NCBI RefSeq assembly: GCF_006345805.1
Contig: NC_043001.1
Span: forward strand, 35,030,001-35,094,000
Direction of reading: 5' to 3'
Source: Octopus sinensis
Taxonomy: Eukaryota
DNA length: 64,000 nucleotides
Shown piece by piece: positions 52,177-64,000 of this stretch. Below the pieces are notes generated by a model, which worked only from the letters and a program-made list of their open reading frames with translations, searched no databases and was not told where the DNA came from. Position 1 is the first letter of the stretch. Each line of letters starts with the position of its first letter. The translations under genes were made by a program, and so were the position numbers.

Positions 52177-53261
52177 ATTTGAAAATGCAGAGGTCTTTTA
52201 AAGATGTTTATTGACTTGACCAGTTTCACTCTTTTTAAAAAACAATTTTCAAAGGTACAGTGTAAGGCTTTGAGTAGCCTTTGTGGTGTTAAAAGTTAGT
52301 TAACATAGATGTGTTAAAATACAGTGATAGATTCTTTGAAAATGATAGATTCTTTGAAAATATAATGAAATAGAATCTTTGACAATGATAAGAAACTGTT
52401 AAGAGAGGCTTCGTGTTTAAACAGTTTACATGAATTTTCCAAAATAGGCAAGTAAAATAAGTTTATAATTGTTTATAAGTACATTAGAAATCGTAATTGT
52501 TTATTAGCGTATATACAGAAAGAATTTGTAGACAGTATTTGACAGGAGAAAGCGCGTATTGCTTTGTCAAAAGTTCATAATCATAATTATTTGAAATAAT
52601 GACCAGTCTTTATCCTTCATCTCCAGTTTTGTATGTGAGTTTACAAGAATGGTCGCTATTTTTAGAAATAGTGTGGGCGGTTGGTGGAGGAGGGGGCAGT
52701 CATGTGATCTGATTTCGAATAGATTGTGGATTCAAATAGATTTTTTTGTTTGTGTGCTAATCTGTCATGGTTCGGTGGGTTTTCGACTGGTCTTAGAGTT
52801 CAAGATGGAGTGTGTGTGTGTATGCATGGTTCTATGTGTGTGTGTGTATATATATGTTTGTGTATGTGTGTGGTGGCTTTGATTTGCCTTAGAGTTCAGT
52901 ATGGTGTGTGTGTGCGTTTGTATCGGTCTCTGTATGTGTGGGTTTTATATTTCTGGTAAACTTATAAACAATTATGAAGTTATTTTACTTGCCTACTTTG
53001 AAAACTTTTATGTAAACTGTTTAAACACAAATCTTCTCTTAACATTTTCTTAACATTGTTAAAGATTCTATTTCTTAACATTTTCTTATCATTGTAAAAT
53101 ACTCTATCACTGTATTTTAAACACGGCTATGTTAGCTAATTCTTAACACCAGAAAGGCTACACAAAGCCTTACACTGTACTTTTGAAAATCGTTTTTTAA
53201 AAAGAGTGAAACTGGTCAAGCCAATTAACACCTTTAAAAGAACTCTGCATTATTTTCAAAT
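52177..53261. repeat. Fold-back element: about 300-bp inverted arms (52177-52480, 52960-53261), 479-bp spacer
   Basis: e.g. cttgaccagtttcactctttttaaaaaac / gttttttaaaaagagtgaaactggtcaag; no TSD found. Confidence 0.88.
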
Positions 53262-53565
53262 CCGCTACCACATATACATATAAGCACACGTATTTAGGTT
53301 TCAAATCTTGGCACAATGCCAGCAATTTCATATGAGGGAATAAAGCGATTACATCGACCTCAGTGATCAACTGGTTATTCTTTTAGCAGCCCCTAAAGGA
53401 TAAAAGCAAAGTAGATCTAGGCGAACTTTGAACTCAAGACTGAAAAACGAAAAAAATACCACTAATTAATTTACTCTGTAGGGTAACGGTTCTAGTTGTT
53501 TGTCGTCTTACAAACATACATACATATATACATACATGCAGGCATACATACATGCAAACATACAT

Positions 53566-54139
53566 TTGTATGCAGTGCCAGTACTCATACCAACATTTGG
53601 GCTGCTTGATTGGACACTTGATGAGATCCGAGCCATTGATGTGAAAACCCGAAAAATACTAATAAGCGCACATAATTTCCACATAAGCAGTGATGTAGGC
53701 CGCCTCTACCTAAAACGAAAGCAAAGAGGAAAAGGCTTAACTTCGATCCAAAATTACCTATGAATGTCGCATCATATTCCTTCAGCAACATGTTTTAACC
53801 GCCAAGTGTTGAAGTGCATCCCTTGACCAAGCTTGCATACATGAGGCTGATAACACCATAAGTCTTGGAAGGTAGCTCCTTGAGCAACACTCTTTGTCTG
53901 ATAACCTATAACACTTTCCCAAAGAAGTCGCAGAATTCTACCGCAACGTAGCCTATATGAGCAGACGTATATGCATAGATATGTTACTAGAAAGGTCCGT
54001 GATGATAGTAACCTCGATCATCAAAGTAGTTCATGATGGACCAATACCCAGATTACTACCTCCTTCTTTGATGGGTATGCGTTTGCAATACAGGAACAGG
54101 AAATATCAACCATGTACCTGATGAACAAAAAGGATAGAG
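53566..54139 (+). mobile_element. R4/Dong-like retrotransposon internal fragment (RT C-terminus to the start of the CCHC knuckle)
   Basis: YAVPVLIPTFGLLDWTLDEIRAIDVKTRKIL..SDVGRLYLKRKQRGKGL, then FDGYAFAIQEQEISTMYL..CDNRCR, cut at (TA)n. Confidence 0.8.
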
Positions 54140-54174
54140 ATGCAGGTGAAGCCGTATAGTGTGACAACCGATGC

Positions 54175-54210
<36 letters not shown>

Positions 54211-54378
54211 GTGGGTTTTTTTTATCCGTGTTCATGTTTCTGTGTATAGGCTTAAATTTATATTGACACCTATACAATCATATAATGAGCAGCTATCAAA
54301 AATTTATGGAGCCTCCAGGACTTTAATTTATTTAATGTCGCTAATCGAAACCGGATTGTAAAAATTTCTTTATCACGA

Positions 54379-54379
<1 letters not shown>

Positions 54380-54436
<57 letters not shown>
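54380..54436. repeat. (TAC)n microsatellite
   Basis: Direct reading. Confidence 0.95.
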
Positions 54437-55211
54437 TTTAACTATGCGACACGCAGCGCCAATCTTTGATTAGATTTGTGTATCGAGTTGCCGTATTAGG
54501 CACGTTTCTTTAAAAAGGATTTGATTAAAATTCTTCTACTATCACTAGCAACAGATTGCCATCACCGTTAATAAATGAGACATAACCTGCAGAAGTTGAT
54601 TGATAATTTCATACAGCCAATAGTTCACAGCTTTTGTATGCTGAATAAACAGAACACTGCCTTTGAGTTACTTGCCCTAAGCAGTAACCATGTTGTGCAA
54701 AAGGCTAATTAGCAATCAAACGAGATTTCATCAAGTTAAGAATTTTCGATCGATTCAATAATGTTAACTACCGTGAATTTCTCACTGAGACCGCTCCAGG
54801 CTACTAAAAATGCCACGGCGCGTATCACTTATATAATATGTAAAATTTACGTCTCCGTTCACACGAAAGCTTCTACATACAGGCCACATAGGAGCAGAAT
54901 GAACTATTTAACTATAGCCAGGAAAACATGCCATAAATCTTATCTTACATTCTACAGAATTTCTAAATATTTATATATTTGATTATACAAATTCGTATTT
55001 TCATATGTGTGGACACAATAGCGCATATGTTCGCGTATACATAGAAGTGTATAGTTATGCATTATGCACATTGCAGCAGATTCTCTGTAACACTAAAAAA
55101 GATTAACACGAGCACAGACGCACAGACACACAGACATAGAAACGCGCGCACTGAAGTTCTTGAGCAAAAACATATAATTTATAGATACAGTATATAAGTA
55201 TATATCTATGC

Positions 55212-55584
55212 GTGGAGGCGCAATGGCCCGCAGCGGACTCGCGGTCATAGGATCGCGGTTTCGATTCCCAGACCGGGCGTTTTGAGTGTTTATTGAGCGA
55301 AAACACCTAAAGCTCTACGAGGCTCCGGCAGGGGATGGTGGTGATCCCTGCTGTACTCTTTCACCACAACTTTCTCTTACTTCCTGTTTCTGTTGTACCT
55401 CTATTTCAAAAGGACCGGCCTTGTCACTCTCTGCGTCACGCTGAATATCCCCGAGAACTACGTTAAAGGTGCACGTGTCTGTGGAGTGCTCAGCCACTTA
55501 CACGTTAATTTCACGAGCAGGCTGTTCCGTTGATTCGGATCAACCGGAACCCACGCCGTCGTAACCGACGGAGTGCTTCCATCC
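55212..55584 (+). mobile_element. SINE family C
   Basis: Homologous to 6981-7353; 18-bp TSD ataagtatatatctatgc at 55194-55211 and 55585-55602. Confidence 0.9.
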
Positions 55585-55621
55585 ATAAGTATATATCTAT
55601 GCACATGTATATACATATATA

Positions 55622-56640
55622 AGCGGCTTCCAAGAAAAAATCTGCCATATGTACAATACTAAGTTCAAGAACAAATTAGCACACCTCTTTCCAGATAGTA
55701 ACCCTGACAGCATGAATTTGACCTCTTCATCTCACCAGTCAAATAGCATAATAAGTAAACCTTTTTCAAATCACATACGCAAGCGCGTTCCAATGGTAAT
55801 TGTAAATCTCAAAGCATTATAAGCATATAGATAAAAAAAAACTTATATCTAGTAAACGTGAAATCATATGGTTCGCTCTACTCTTCTTCCTCAGGGTCAA
55901 ATCTCTACCAAAATTATTCTTTAAAATTTTTAAATCAAACTTTCCGCCGCAGCATAAATACTATTCTATATTTAAGAAATCTTCATTAAAAATTTCGTAC
56001 TCCACCACGCCTAACCTCAGGTCTGTTATACCTGCTCTTAATAAAAATCAAACTCCAAGGAAGGACTGTTGAACGTGTGAATCCTTGTACGGCGCCCCTA
56101 ATGAATCAGGAGGTTGGTGGTGCCGTGGCTGCTGGCATCTCTCCTATAATGCGTGGTACTGGAGGGTTGGAAGTAGCTCGAAATCTAGATCTCCGAATAG
56201 TGAATACTAGCTGCGGCGGAGCCATCTAGTCCGGTTGTGTTGTGGGCTCCGACTTGGACTTATCCCTGCCGTTCACCTGCCGACCTGGATTAAGCTCACT
56301 TGAGCGACACTATTTCTATAACAAAAAATCTTGTAACCCTCGTGTACCCAATTTATTCCTTCTTGAAGGATTTTGCCTACGCAAAAATGTCATATACAAA
56401 TGCATTGTGTCAGCACCTCACAATCACCAAGCAATGATATATGCAGAGAGTACTATAGATTTTAAGAATAGTTATCGCGCATATATGGATTCCCTTAATA
56501 CTAAAACCAACTTATCTACATCATTAGCTACGCGTATCCACGACCTTAAAGCGCAAAATACACAGCGTAAATCCTATTAGTCAATAGTAATAGAATCCCC
56601 CTACCTTATAATTCATAGTCTAGGTTGTTTCATTAAAACA
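55622..56640 (+). mobile_element. Decayed second PLE lineage (post-RT domain plus GIY-YIG; Naiad-like)
   Basis: KREIIWF..NFPPQHKYYSIFKKSSLKISYSTTPNL (55854-56040) and KSCN..LEGFCLRKNVIYKCIV..STSLATRIHDLK (56300-56570). Confidence 0.65.
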
Positions 56641-57101
56641 CACCTTGTGTTTCCAAACAATTCTCATGTCACTGAGCACATTGCCTGAACGATTTACAAA
56701 TCAGGATGCTAGATCAAGGAAAACTACGAGAAAAATTTGGAAGGCTGGAAAAAGAAAACCAGAAAAGTGAAAGAAAGATAAAAGAAGATTAGAGTTATAT
56801 TTCTTTCGACTGTAAAACCTTGATAAACCTAGTGTTGTAGAATGAATCAACGGAGAGGGGTTCACAATCTGTGGAACAGCTGCTTAATCTGGAGTGGGTG
56901 GTGAATTCCAATTTGCCAACAGTTATTTATCCATATGTTTGCACTTGCTGAAAACTTCTGGTTGCAACTACGCTACATCAGCAATGGATGAAACTATTAG
57001 TAGCTCGTAACTGTATACTTTGTACATTAAATAATATCTAGCTCACAGTGTGCGGCGTACCTTTCCGTTAACTTAACTTAAATAAACTGTAAACTATATA
57101 C

Positions 57102-57175
<74 letters not shown>

Positions 57176-57539
57176 TTACATATATATGTATTATAGGTAG
57201 ATAGATAAATATAGAAAGTACTGACAGAGGAGGTGTAAGCAGGTTAGTTTGATGAGCTAGCTCATTAAATCAAAAATTTAGATTCATGTCACTTTTGAAA
57301 TGCACTTTCTGCTTTCAAATCCGTCCGGCATCAAATTTTCCATTCATCTTCTCCGTGGTTTATTGACAGAAATGTTCCAGCTTTTGCATCTAGGTCTCAT
57401 ATCAGTCGCTCAGTACAAGACCACTACATGGTTACTTGGGTTATTTTTGCGCCTACGACTCTGTTGGAAACATTTGAACTTTGTCACCTCTTTGAGCATA
57501 AGGACTATGTCCTTTCACTGCTGCCCTCAACTGTGTCAC

Positions 57540-57904
57540 ATGTCGAGCCATTGGGTGGTCTGGTATTGTGGATAGGAAAGTGTCCAGTTTCTTTTTGAAG
57601 ATTTACAGATCTCAATCTTTTAAGTTTCTCAATTGTTTTGGCAGAGCATTGAAGAGCTGTGGTTCTCTGAACCCTAGGCTATTGCAGTACTTGGTTCTTA
57701 TATTAGATGCATTGCACGGTGCCTTCGATACTATGCAATGGCATCCACTACAAGCATTCATATAACACTTGATGCCAAAATTGGGTACTAGCCCTTTCAT
57801 TGTTTTCCACTTGTAAATTATTACATATCCCTCACGTCTGCGATATGGGGAGTAGAGTGGTAGTTCTTTCAGCCTCTCCCTGCAGTTCATCTGCTGGACT
57901 GTAG

Positions 57905-57907
<3 letters not shown>
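57540..57907 (-). mobile_element. CR1-clade LINE 3' fragment (second subfamily)
   Basis: RERLKELPLYS..RRREGYVIIYKWK..SLGFREPQLFNALPKQLRNL; 5' end abuts (TA)n 57908-57962. Confidence 0.8.
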
Positions 57908-57965
<58 letters not shown>

Positions 57966-58116
57966 CAATCCAGCGTCACTACACTAAAAAGATTGCTACA
58001 GTATGTATATATATATATATATACATACGTACACTTTATTAATAAAGCATATTACTCTACCTCCGGTATTCGAGTACTATTTTTTCCACCTTTCTTAACA
58101 TTTATGTGCTTACTCT

Positions 58117-58171
<55 letters not shown>

Positions 58172-59204
58172 CTATATATATATATATACATGTGTGTGTG
58201 TGTGTATACATATTATATATATATATATGTATATGCATATATATATCTACATATATATGTATATATATATATGTGTGTGTGTATGTATATATATATGATA
58301 TATATATGTGTGTGTGTATATATATGTGTATATATACAGAGAAAGTGAAAGGGAGGTAGAGAGTTGGATAGCTAGCTAGCTAGATAGATAGATACATAGA
58401 GAAAAAGAGAAAGAGAGAGAGAAAGAAAAGAGGGGAGAAACAGAAAAAGAGAGAGGAGATGAGAGAGATACTGAAGATTAAAGAAGCTGAGGACGACGAT
58501 GTTGATGTAAGTGACAGCAACGTCGATGATAAGCTCTAATGATGAACCATATTGATGTCGCTGACATCATAATAATCACCAGCATATCGAAGTTGATAGC
58601 AATAATGGAGGTAGTGTTTAGAAGTGAATTGTGTTCTAGAAAGAATGCATTCATCTAGCATCGTCCGATTCTCAGCTAAGAAAAGCAGTAGCCTTCAGTT
58701 CAATAGGTTGGGCTGACCTTCCGGTGTATGTAATGAAACAAGGCAGCATTCCAAGAGAACGAACTTCTGTGTGCTCTTGTACTGAATGCACATGCGAAAT
58801 TTACATTCACTTTAATGTAATGAACTACTTTCTGGAATCTATCCATTTAATCATATCTTTGGAGCTCTTCCACCCAACTGTATCACCTTAGCATTAACAA
58901 GACGTTCTGATAGCATTGTTAAAACGAATAAAATAAATCGCTATTTCGCTTTTCTGTATAATTTGGATATTTTGATTTAATTTCGCGCAACAAATTATAT
59001 GTACTATAAAGGTGATACAGGAGAGGGTACGTGCTTAACACAGATTGATTTTGATTTATCTCACAAATGAACATTATCATCATATTTAAATTATTTTGGA
59101 ACTTTGTGAATTTAGGATAACTGCTTTATCAATCTTAATATATTATCCAATATATAATATTAATTCTACTGCCTATTTAACACGAGTATTTAAGCTTCTT
59201 GCCC

Positions 59205-59525
59205 GAGTCGATATAGCATCGGAGAAAAATGCATAACCAATTCCTTCTGGCTCTTTCCGTCCCGAGTTCAAATTTTCGCCGGGGTCAACTTTGCATTTCA
59301 TTTCACTGTAGTCGATAAATTGAAGTATCAGTCAAGTACTGGCATAGAAATTTATTTCGTTTCTCAAGAAAACAGTGATTCATGACTTTGTGGTGAGAAG
59401 CACATGGTTCCAGGTCCGGTCACGCTGCGTGGCACTTGGCCAAGTGTCTTATGCGGAAACCTCGGTCCGACTAAAGCCTTGTGACTAGATTTTGTAGAGA
59501 GAAACTGAAAGAAATCCGTCATGTT
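59205..59525 (+). mobile_element. Degenerate SINE A and SINE B 5' half
   Basis: gagttcaaatt..gtcaactttgc..gtcgataaa; ctgcgtggcacttggccaagtgtctt..aaactgaaagaa. Confidence 0.65.
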
Positions 59526-59536
59526 TATACATATAC

Positions 59537-59577
<41 letters not shown>

Positions 59578-59583
59578 CATATA

Positions 59584-60377
<794 letters not shown>

Positions 60378-60393
60378 TGAAATAATACATACA

Positions 60394-60442
<49 letters not shown>

Positions 60443-60604
60443 GCATATATATATATGTATATATATATGTATATATATATATGTATATATATATATATGC
60501 ATATATATATATGTATATATATATGTATATATATATATATGTATATATATACATGTATGTATGTATGTATGTATGTATGTATGTATGTATGTATGTATGT
60601 ATAT

Positions 60605-60921
60605 GGCGTTCAGACGAGTATACTGGTATTGATGTGGCAATATTTGAAATCTTGTCTAAGTAAATGCAGCTGATGAAGACTAATCAAATTTACGTTGTCA
60701 AACGTATTTGAAGAGTCAGAAACCGGTCCTGCATTATCCGATTCTAGGTTGTCCATTTATCAGATGTTCTTCCAAGAGGTAAGACAAATTTTTTTCATGT
60801 TTTTTTGCACACACGCGTCTGTGCTAGTATATACACAGTGAAGCTATACAATAGAATCGTATTTATTACGATTGCTATTTTCCAGTAAATATCGGTGCCT
60901 TATTGTACCATTAATCTACTT
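60605..60921 (+). mobile_element. 317-bp microsatellite-flanked HHR element
   Basis: Unique block between (TATG)n and (TA)n containing the HHR. Confidence 0.6.
60663..60735 (+). ncRNA. Type I hammerhead fold with extended stem II
   Basis: aatgcag|ctgatga|a|gact..caaat.tacgtt-gtca-aacgta-tttg..agtc|a|gaaa|ccggtc|ctgcatt. Confidence 0.7.
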
Positions 60922-60931
60922 TTATATATAC

Positions 60932-60997
<66 letters not shown>

Positions 60998-61065
60998 ATT
61001 CAGCTAATCCATTGATACGTATAAAAAGATAAAGGTCCTTCCTTAATATCATTGTATAAAACAGA

Positions 61066-61271
61066 ATTTCGTCAAACTATTTCTCTCTTCAATTATAAAT
61101 TTATACACTCCTTATGCTTTTTTCTTTTGTCGTACATATTTTCTGTTTTGTATAAAACATAGAATATGTTTTATATATGTTTTATACAAAACAGAAAATA
61201 TGTATGACAAAAGAAAAAAACATAAGGAGTGTATAAATTTATAATTGAAGAGAGAAATAGTTTGACGAAAT
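61066..61271. repeat. Near-perfect 206-bp palindrome (96-bp arms, 2 mismatches, 14-nt loop)
   Basis: 61066-61161 vs 61176-61271. Confidence 0.95.
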
Positions 61272-61274
61272 GTA

Positions 61275-61596
61275 TTTAACAATCGGAAAAGTAATATATT
61301 ACAGCACATTCAGTTCTATATTTAAGAGAAGAGGAATTATGTACATTATTTACATTATTTATATTATTCACATTTGACGGATATTTGTCCTCATGTTGTT
61401 TGTTGTTAACACAGCGTTTCACTTGATATACCCTCCAGCCTTCATTAGGCGTCTTGGGGAAATTTAAAACCTGAGTTCCCATTCCTAGGGTATTTTTCGA
61501 TATTATTATTATTATTCACTTCACTTCACTTCCTGGAATTGAACACGGAATCCTTGAGTTAGTAGACCACGCTCTTAACCACTATGCCATATGCCC
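61275..61596 (-). mobile_element. tRNA-headed SINE-like element containing a decayed HHR (61408-61453)
   Basis: tggcatagtggttaagagc A box, gtgttcaattcc B box; gacgc|ctaatga|a|ggctg..caagt|gaaa|cgct|gtgtt; (aataatgt)-like tail. Confidence 0.7.
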
Positions 61597-61821
61597 ATTG
61601 TTTCGTACATTAAAGTATGCAAAGATAATTCATTGTATTATATTTTATCATAAATAATATTTTCAATCAATAGATCATGTGAGAGAAAATTCCGTGTTAA
61701 ATAATGTTAGGAAACAATTTATTGTGATATAAGAATTTTCCAATGTTTAAACATATTTCACCAAACTATATTCACCTTCATTTATAATATATCATCTTTG
61801 CATACATTAATGTACGAAACA

Positions 61822-62612
61822 ATGGCAGGTACTAGCGTAACGAAAACAGCCGAAATGTTTGGTTGTATCAAGAAGTACTGTCTCAAAAGTAATGACAACC
61901 TTTGAGAAACAAAATTCCTGAAGAAAACCAAGGCATTCAAATAGGGATCGTCGAACTTTTACGCGAATTGTTAGAAAGGATCACAAAAGAACAGCTCCCA
62001 AAATTACCTCAGAGCTTAATGACCACATCTAGAACCTAGTTTCCTCAAAGACCGTTCGTCGGGAGCTGCACAGGATTTCACGGGAGGGCAGCTTCAAAAA
62101 CAAAAAAATACAAACGTTGCAAAACTTTTAGAGTGGGGTAAAACCTGCAGAATTTGTCCCTAGAGCAGTGGAAGAGTGTTATTTTCCCGGACGAGTCATC
62201 CTTTACCTTATTTCCGACCACCGGCCGAGTATACGCATGGAGATAATCAAAAGAATCATTTGATCCAGACTGCCTTCTTCCAACTGTTAAACATGGAGGA
62301 GGATCTGTGATGATCTGGTGATGGTGGGGGGTATATCTTGGAAATCTGTTAGCCCAAAGGTTTTCCCAATAGCAGAATTAATTGACAAGACTATTTAAGC
62401 ATTTTATCTGATCAAATTCATCCTATGGTTACAGAACTGTTTCCGGAAGGAAATGCAATCTTTCAGGATGATAATGCACCAACTCACACAACTTAAGTTG
62501 TATCTGAATGGCACGAGAAACATTGTAGTGAAGTTGACCATCTTATCTGGCCAACACAGTCCCCAGATCTCAATATGATTGAACATTTATGGTGCATTTT
62601 AGAAAAACAAGA
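61822..62612 (+). mobile_element. Decayed Tc1 (DD34E-type) transposase
   Basis: VSRSTVSKVM..VSSKTVRRELH..WKSVIFPDESSF..PTVKHGGGSVMIW..IFQDDNAPTH..WPTQSPDLNMIEHLW with stops and frameshifts. Confidence 0.88.
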
Positions 62613-63646
62613 AAAGAAAAAAGAAAATTACAGCTACGTTTCCTTTGACCCTAGAAGTCAATTAAATAATTTGTTATAGATTAACTAAATGGAGAGTGGT
62701 CCAAAATTTGCGAGACAACTGCTCAATCTTGGGAGGTTGATGTTCTTCAGTTTGCCAACAGAAATTTTTTCCTATGCCTGCATTTGCTTAATATTTCGGA
62801 TCTGGATTTAAATATTGTAATGGAGTTCGTGGATTTCAAATGAATATGTGAACTTTCAGATTTTACATACAACGTATTTTTTTTTTATTTGCATATAGCA
62901 TGAATTTTTCCATGATTCTCATCTTCATTGTATATGGTATGCATTTGGTCTTCAAACCCTATACGTGGCTAGACAATTAAGTGGCTTTAATTTTGTTGAT
63001 GTGCTGGAAAGAAGACTGATTGTTTGCCTAATGTCTTTTAAATTTGTCTTTGCATAAACCGATGCAATCTCCCTTTTCCTGGAGATAACAAGTGGGTTTC
63101 TACATAATGATGTATTCTGCAAGAAATAACACCCAAATCCGTCTCAAATCTTTTATATTAAATAAGAAAAGACACATTAAATATTGTATTACGAAATACC
63201 TCTAAACATGAGATGGCTACGTTTAGAATAATTTTACTCTTAGTTTTGCAAAAAAAAAAAAACAGCAAAATCCCGAACGAAACAAAATAAATAGTACTTA
63301 TTTCGAACGACCCCAGAAAAATAAAATCAAAGAGGTGAGTGGCAGGAATTTATCCTAGAGTAACTATGTACGTGTACTTCAGAGACCGAAATATGAGTAA
63401 TTCAAACAAATAAAAAGGTGTTTTTACTCTGTTCATATCCCGACTTAACATTCTAATAATAATCTACGACTGTGATAGAAGGTTAGACAGCTGGCAAGCT
63501 GATATCCAATCTTTGTGGGGGTTTTTTGTAGATTTTATTTTACATTATCGATTCAAGAACATGGAAAAGGAAATCCAACTGAAACCGTATTTGGCCATAG
63601 GACACAGACATGGTTAAGTATCATAAGGTATATTGTTTGCTCAATG

Positions 63647-63880
63647 TAAGGCGGCGAGCTGGCAGAAACGTTAGCACCCCGGGCGAAATGCTTTGCGGTA
63701 TTTCGTCTGCCGTTACGTTCTGAGTTCAAATTCCGCCGAGGTCGACTTTGCCTTTCATCCTTTCGGGGTAGATAAATTAAAGTACCAGTAACGCACTGGG
63801 GTCGATGTAATCGACTTAATACCTATGTCTGTCCTTGTTTGTCCCCTCTATTTTTAGCCCCTTGTGGGCAATAAAGAAAT
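63647..63880 (+). mobile_element. SINE family A, full length
   Basis: 18-bp TSD aggtatattgtttgctca at 63626-63643 and 63881-63898, overlapping the SINE 3' end. Confidence 0.9.
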
Positions 63881-64000
63881 AGGTATATTGTTTGCTCATC
63901 CACCACTCTCATAAAGAGGATAATAGCAACGTTTATTAAATTTATATTTTCGGTTTCTGAATATTTTATTGGCCTCGTAAAAAAAAAAAAAAGGTAGGAG

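Noticed and set aside
62700-63480. Possible LINE or piggyBac remnant
   Set aside because: No diagnostic motif could be read in any frame.

Overview
AT-rich, microsatellite-dense eukaryotic non-coding DNA. The SINE families resemble Octopus repeats, so a coleoid cephalopod origin is my inference from recall, not from a database search. I found no host protein-coding exon, rRNA, genuine tRNA or CRISPR array. Almost all ORFs in the track are translations of (TA)n/(CA)n/(TATG)n repeats. The interpretable content is transposon-derived: (1) many tRNA-headed SINE copies of several modular families, several with clear 10-18 bp TSDs; (2) LINE fragments (3 CR1-like, 1 RTE, 2 R4/Dong-like); (3) two Penelope-like elements (PLEs), one with an open 906-nt partial ORF (RT thumb, Cys linker, GIY-YIG); (4) decayed maT-, Tc1- and mariner-type transposons; (5) a Helitron, a Helentron-like element, several MITEs (two with TTAGGG-like cores) and three long inverted repeats. 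The most striking unannotated signal is a set of 10 type-I hammerhead-ribozyme (HHR) folds from about 8 unrelated sequence families, most with very short palindromic stem III and recurring core variants. They sit in a PLE 3' end, in 200-640 bp microsatellite-flanked elements (two terminally redundant, retrozyme-like), and in a tRNA-headed SINE. All folds were read by eye; catalytic activity is untested.
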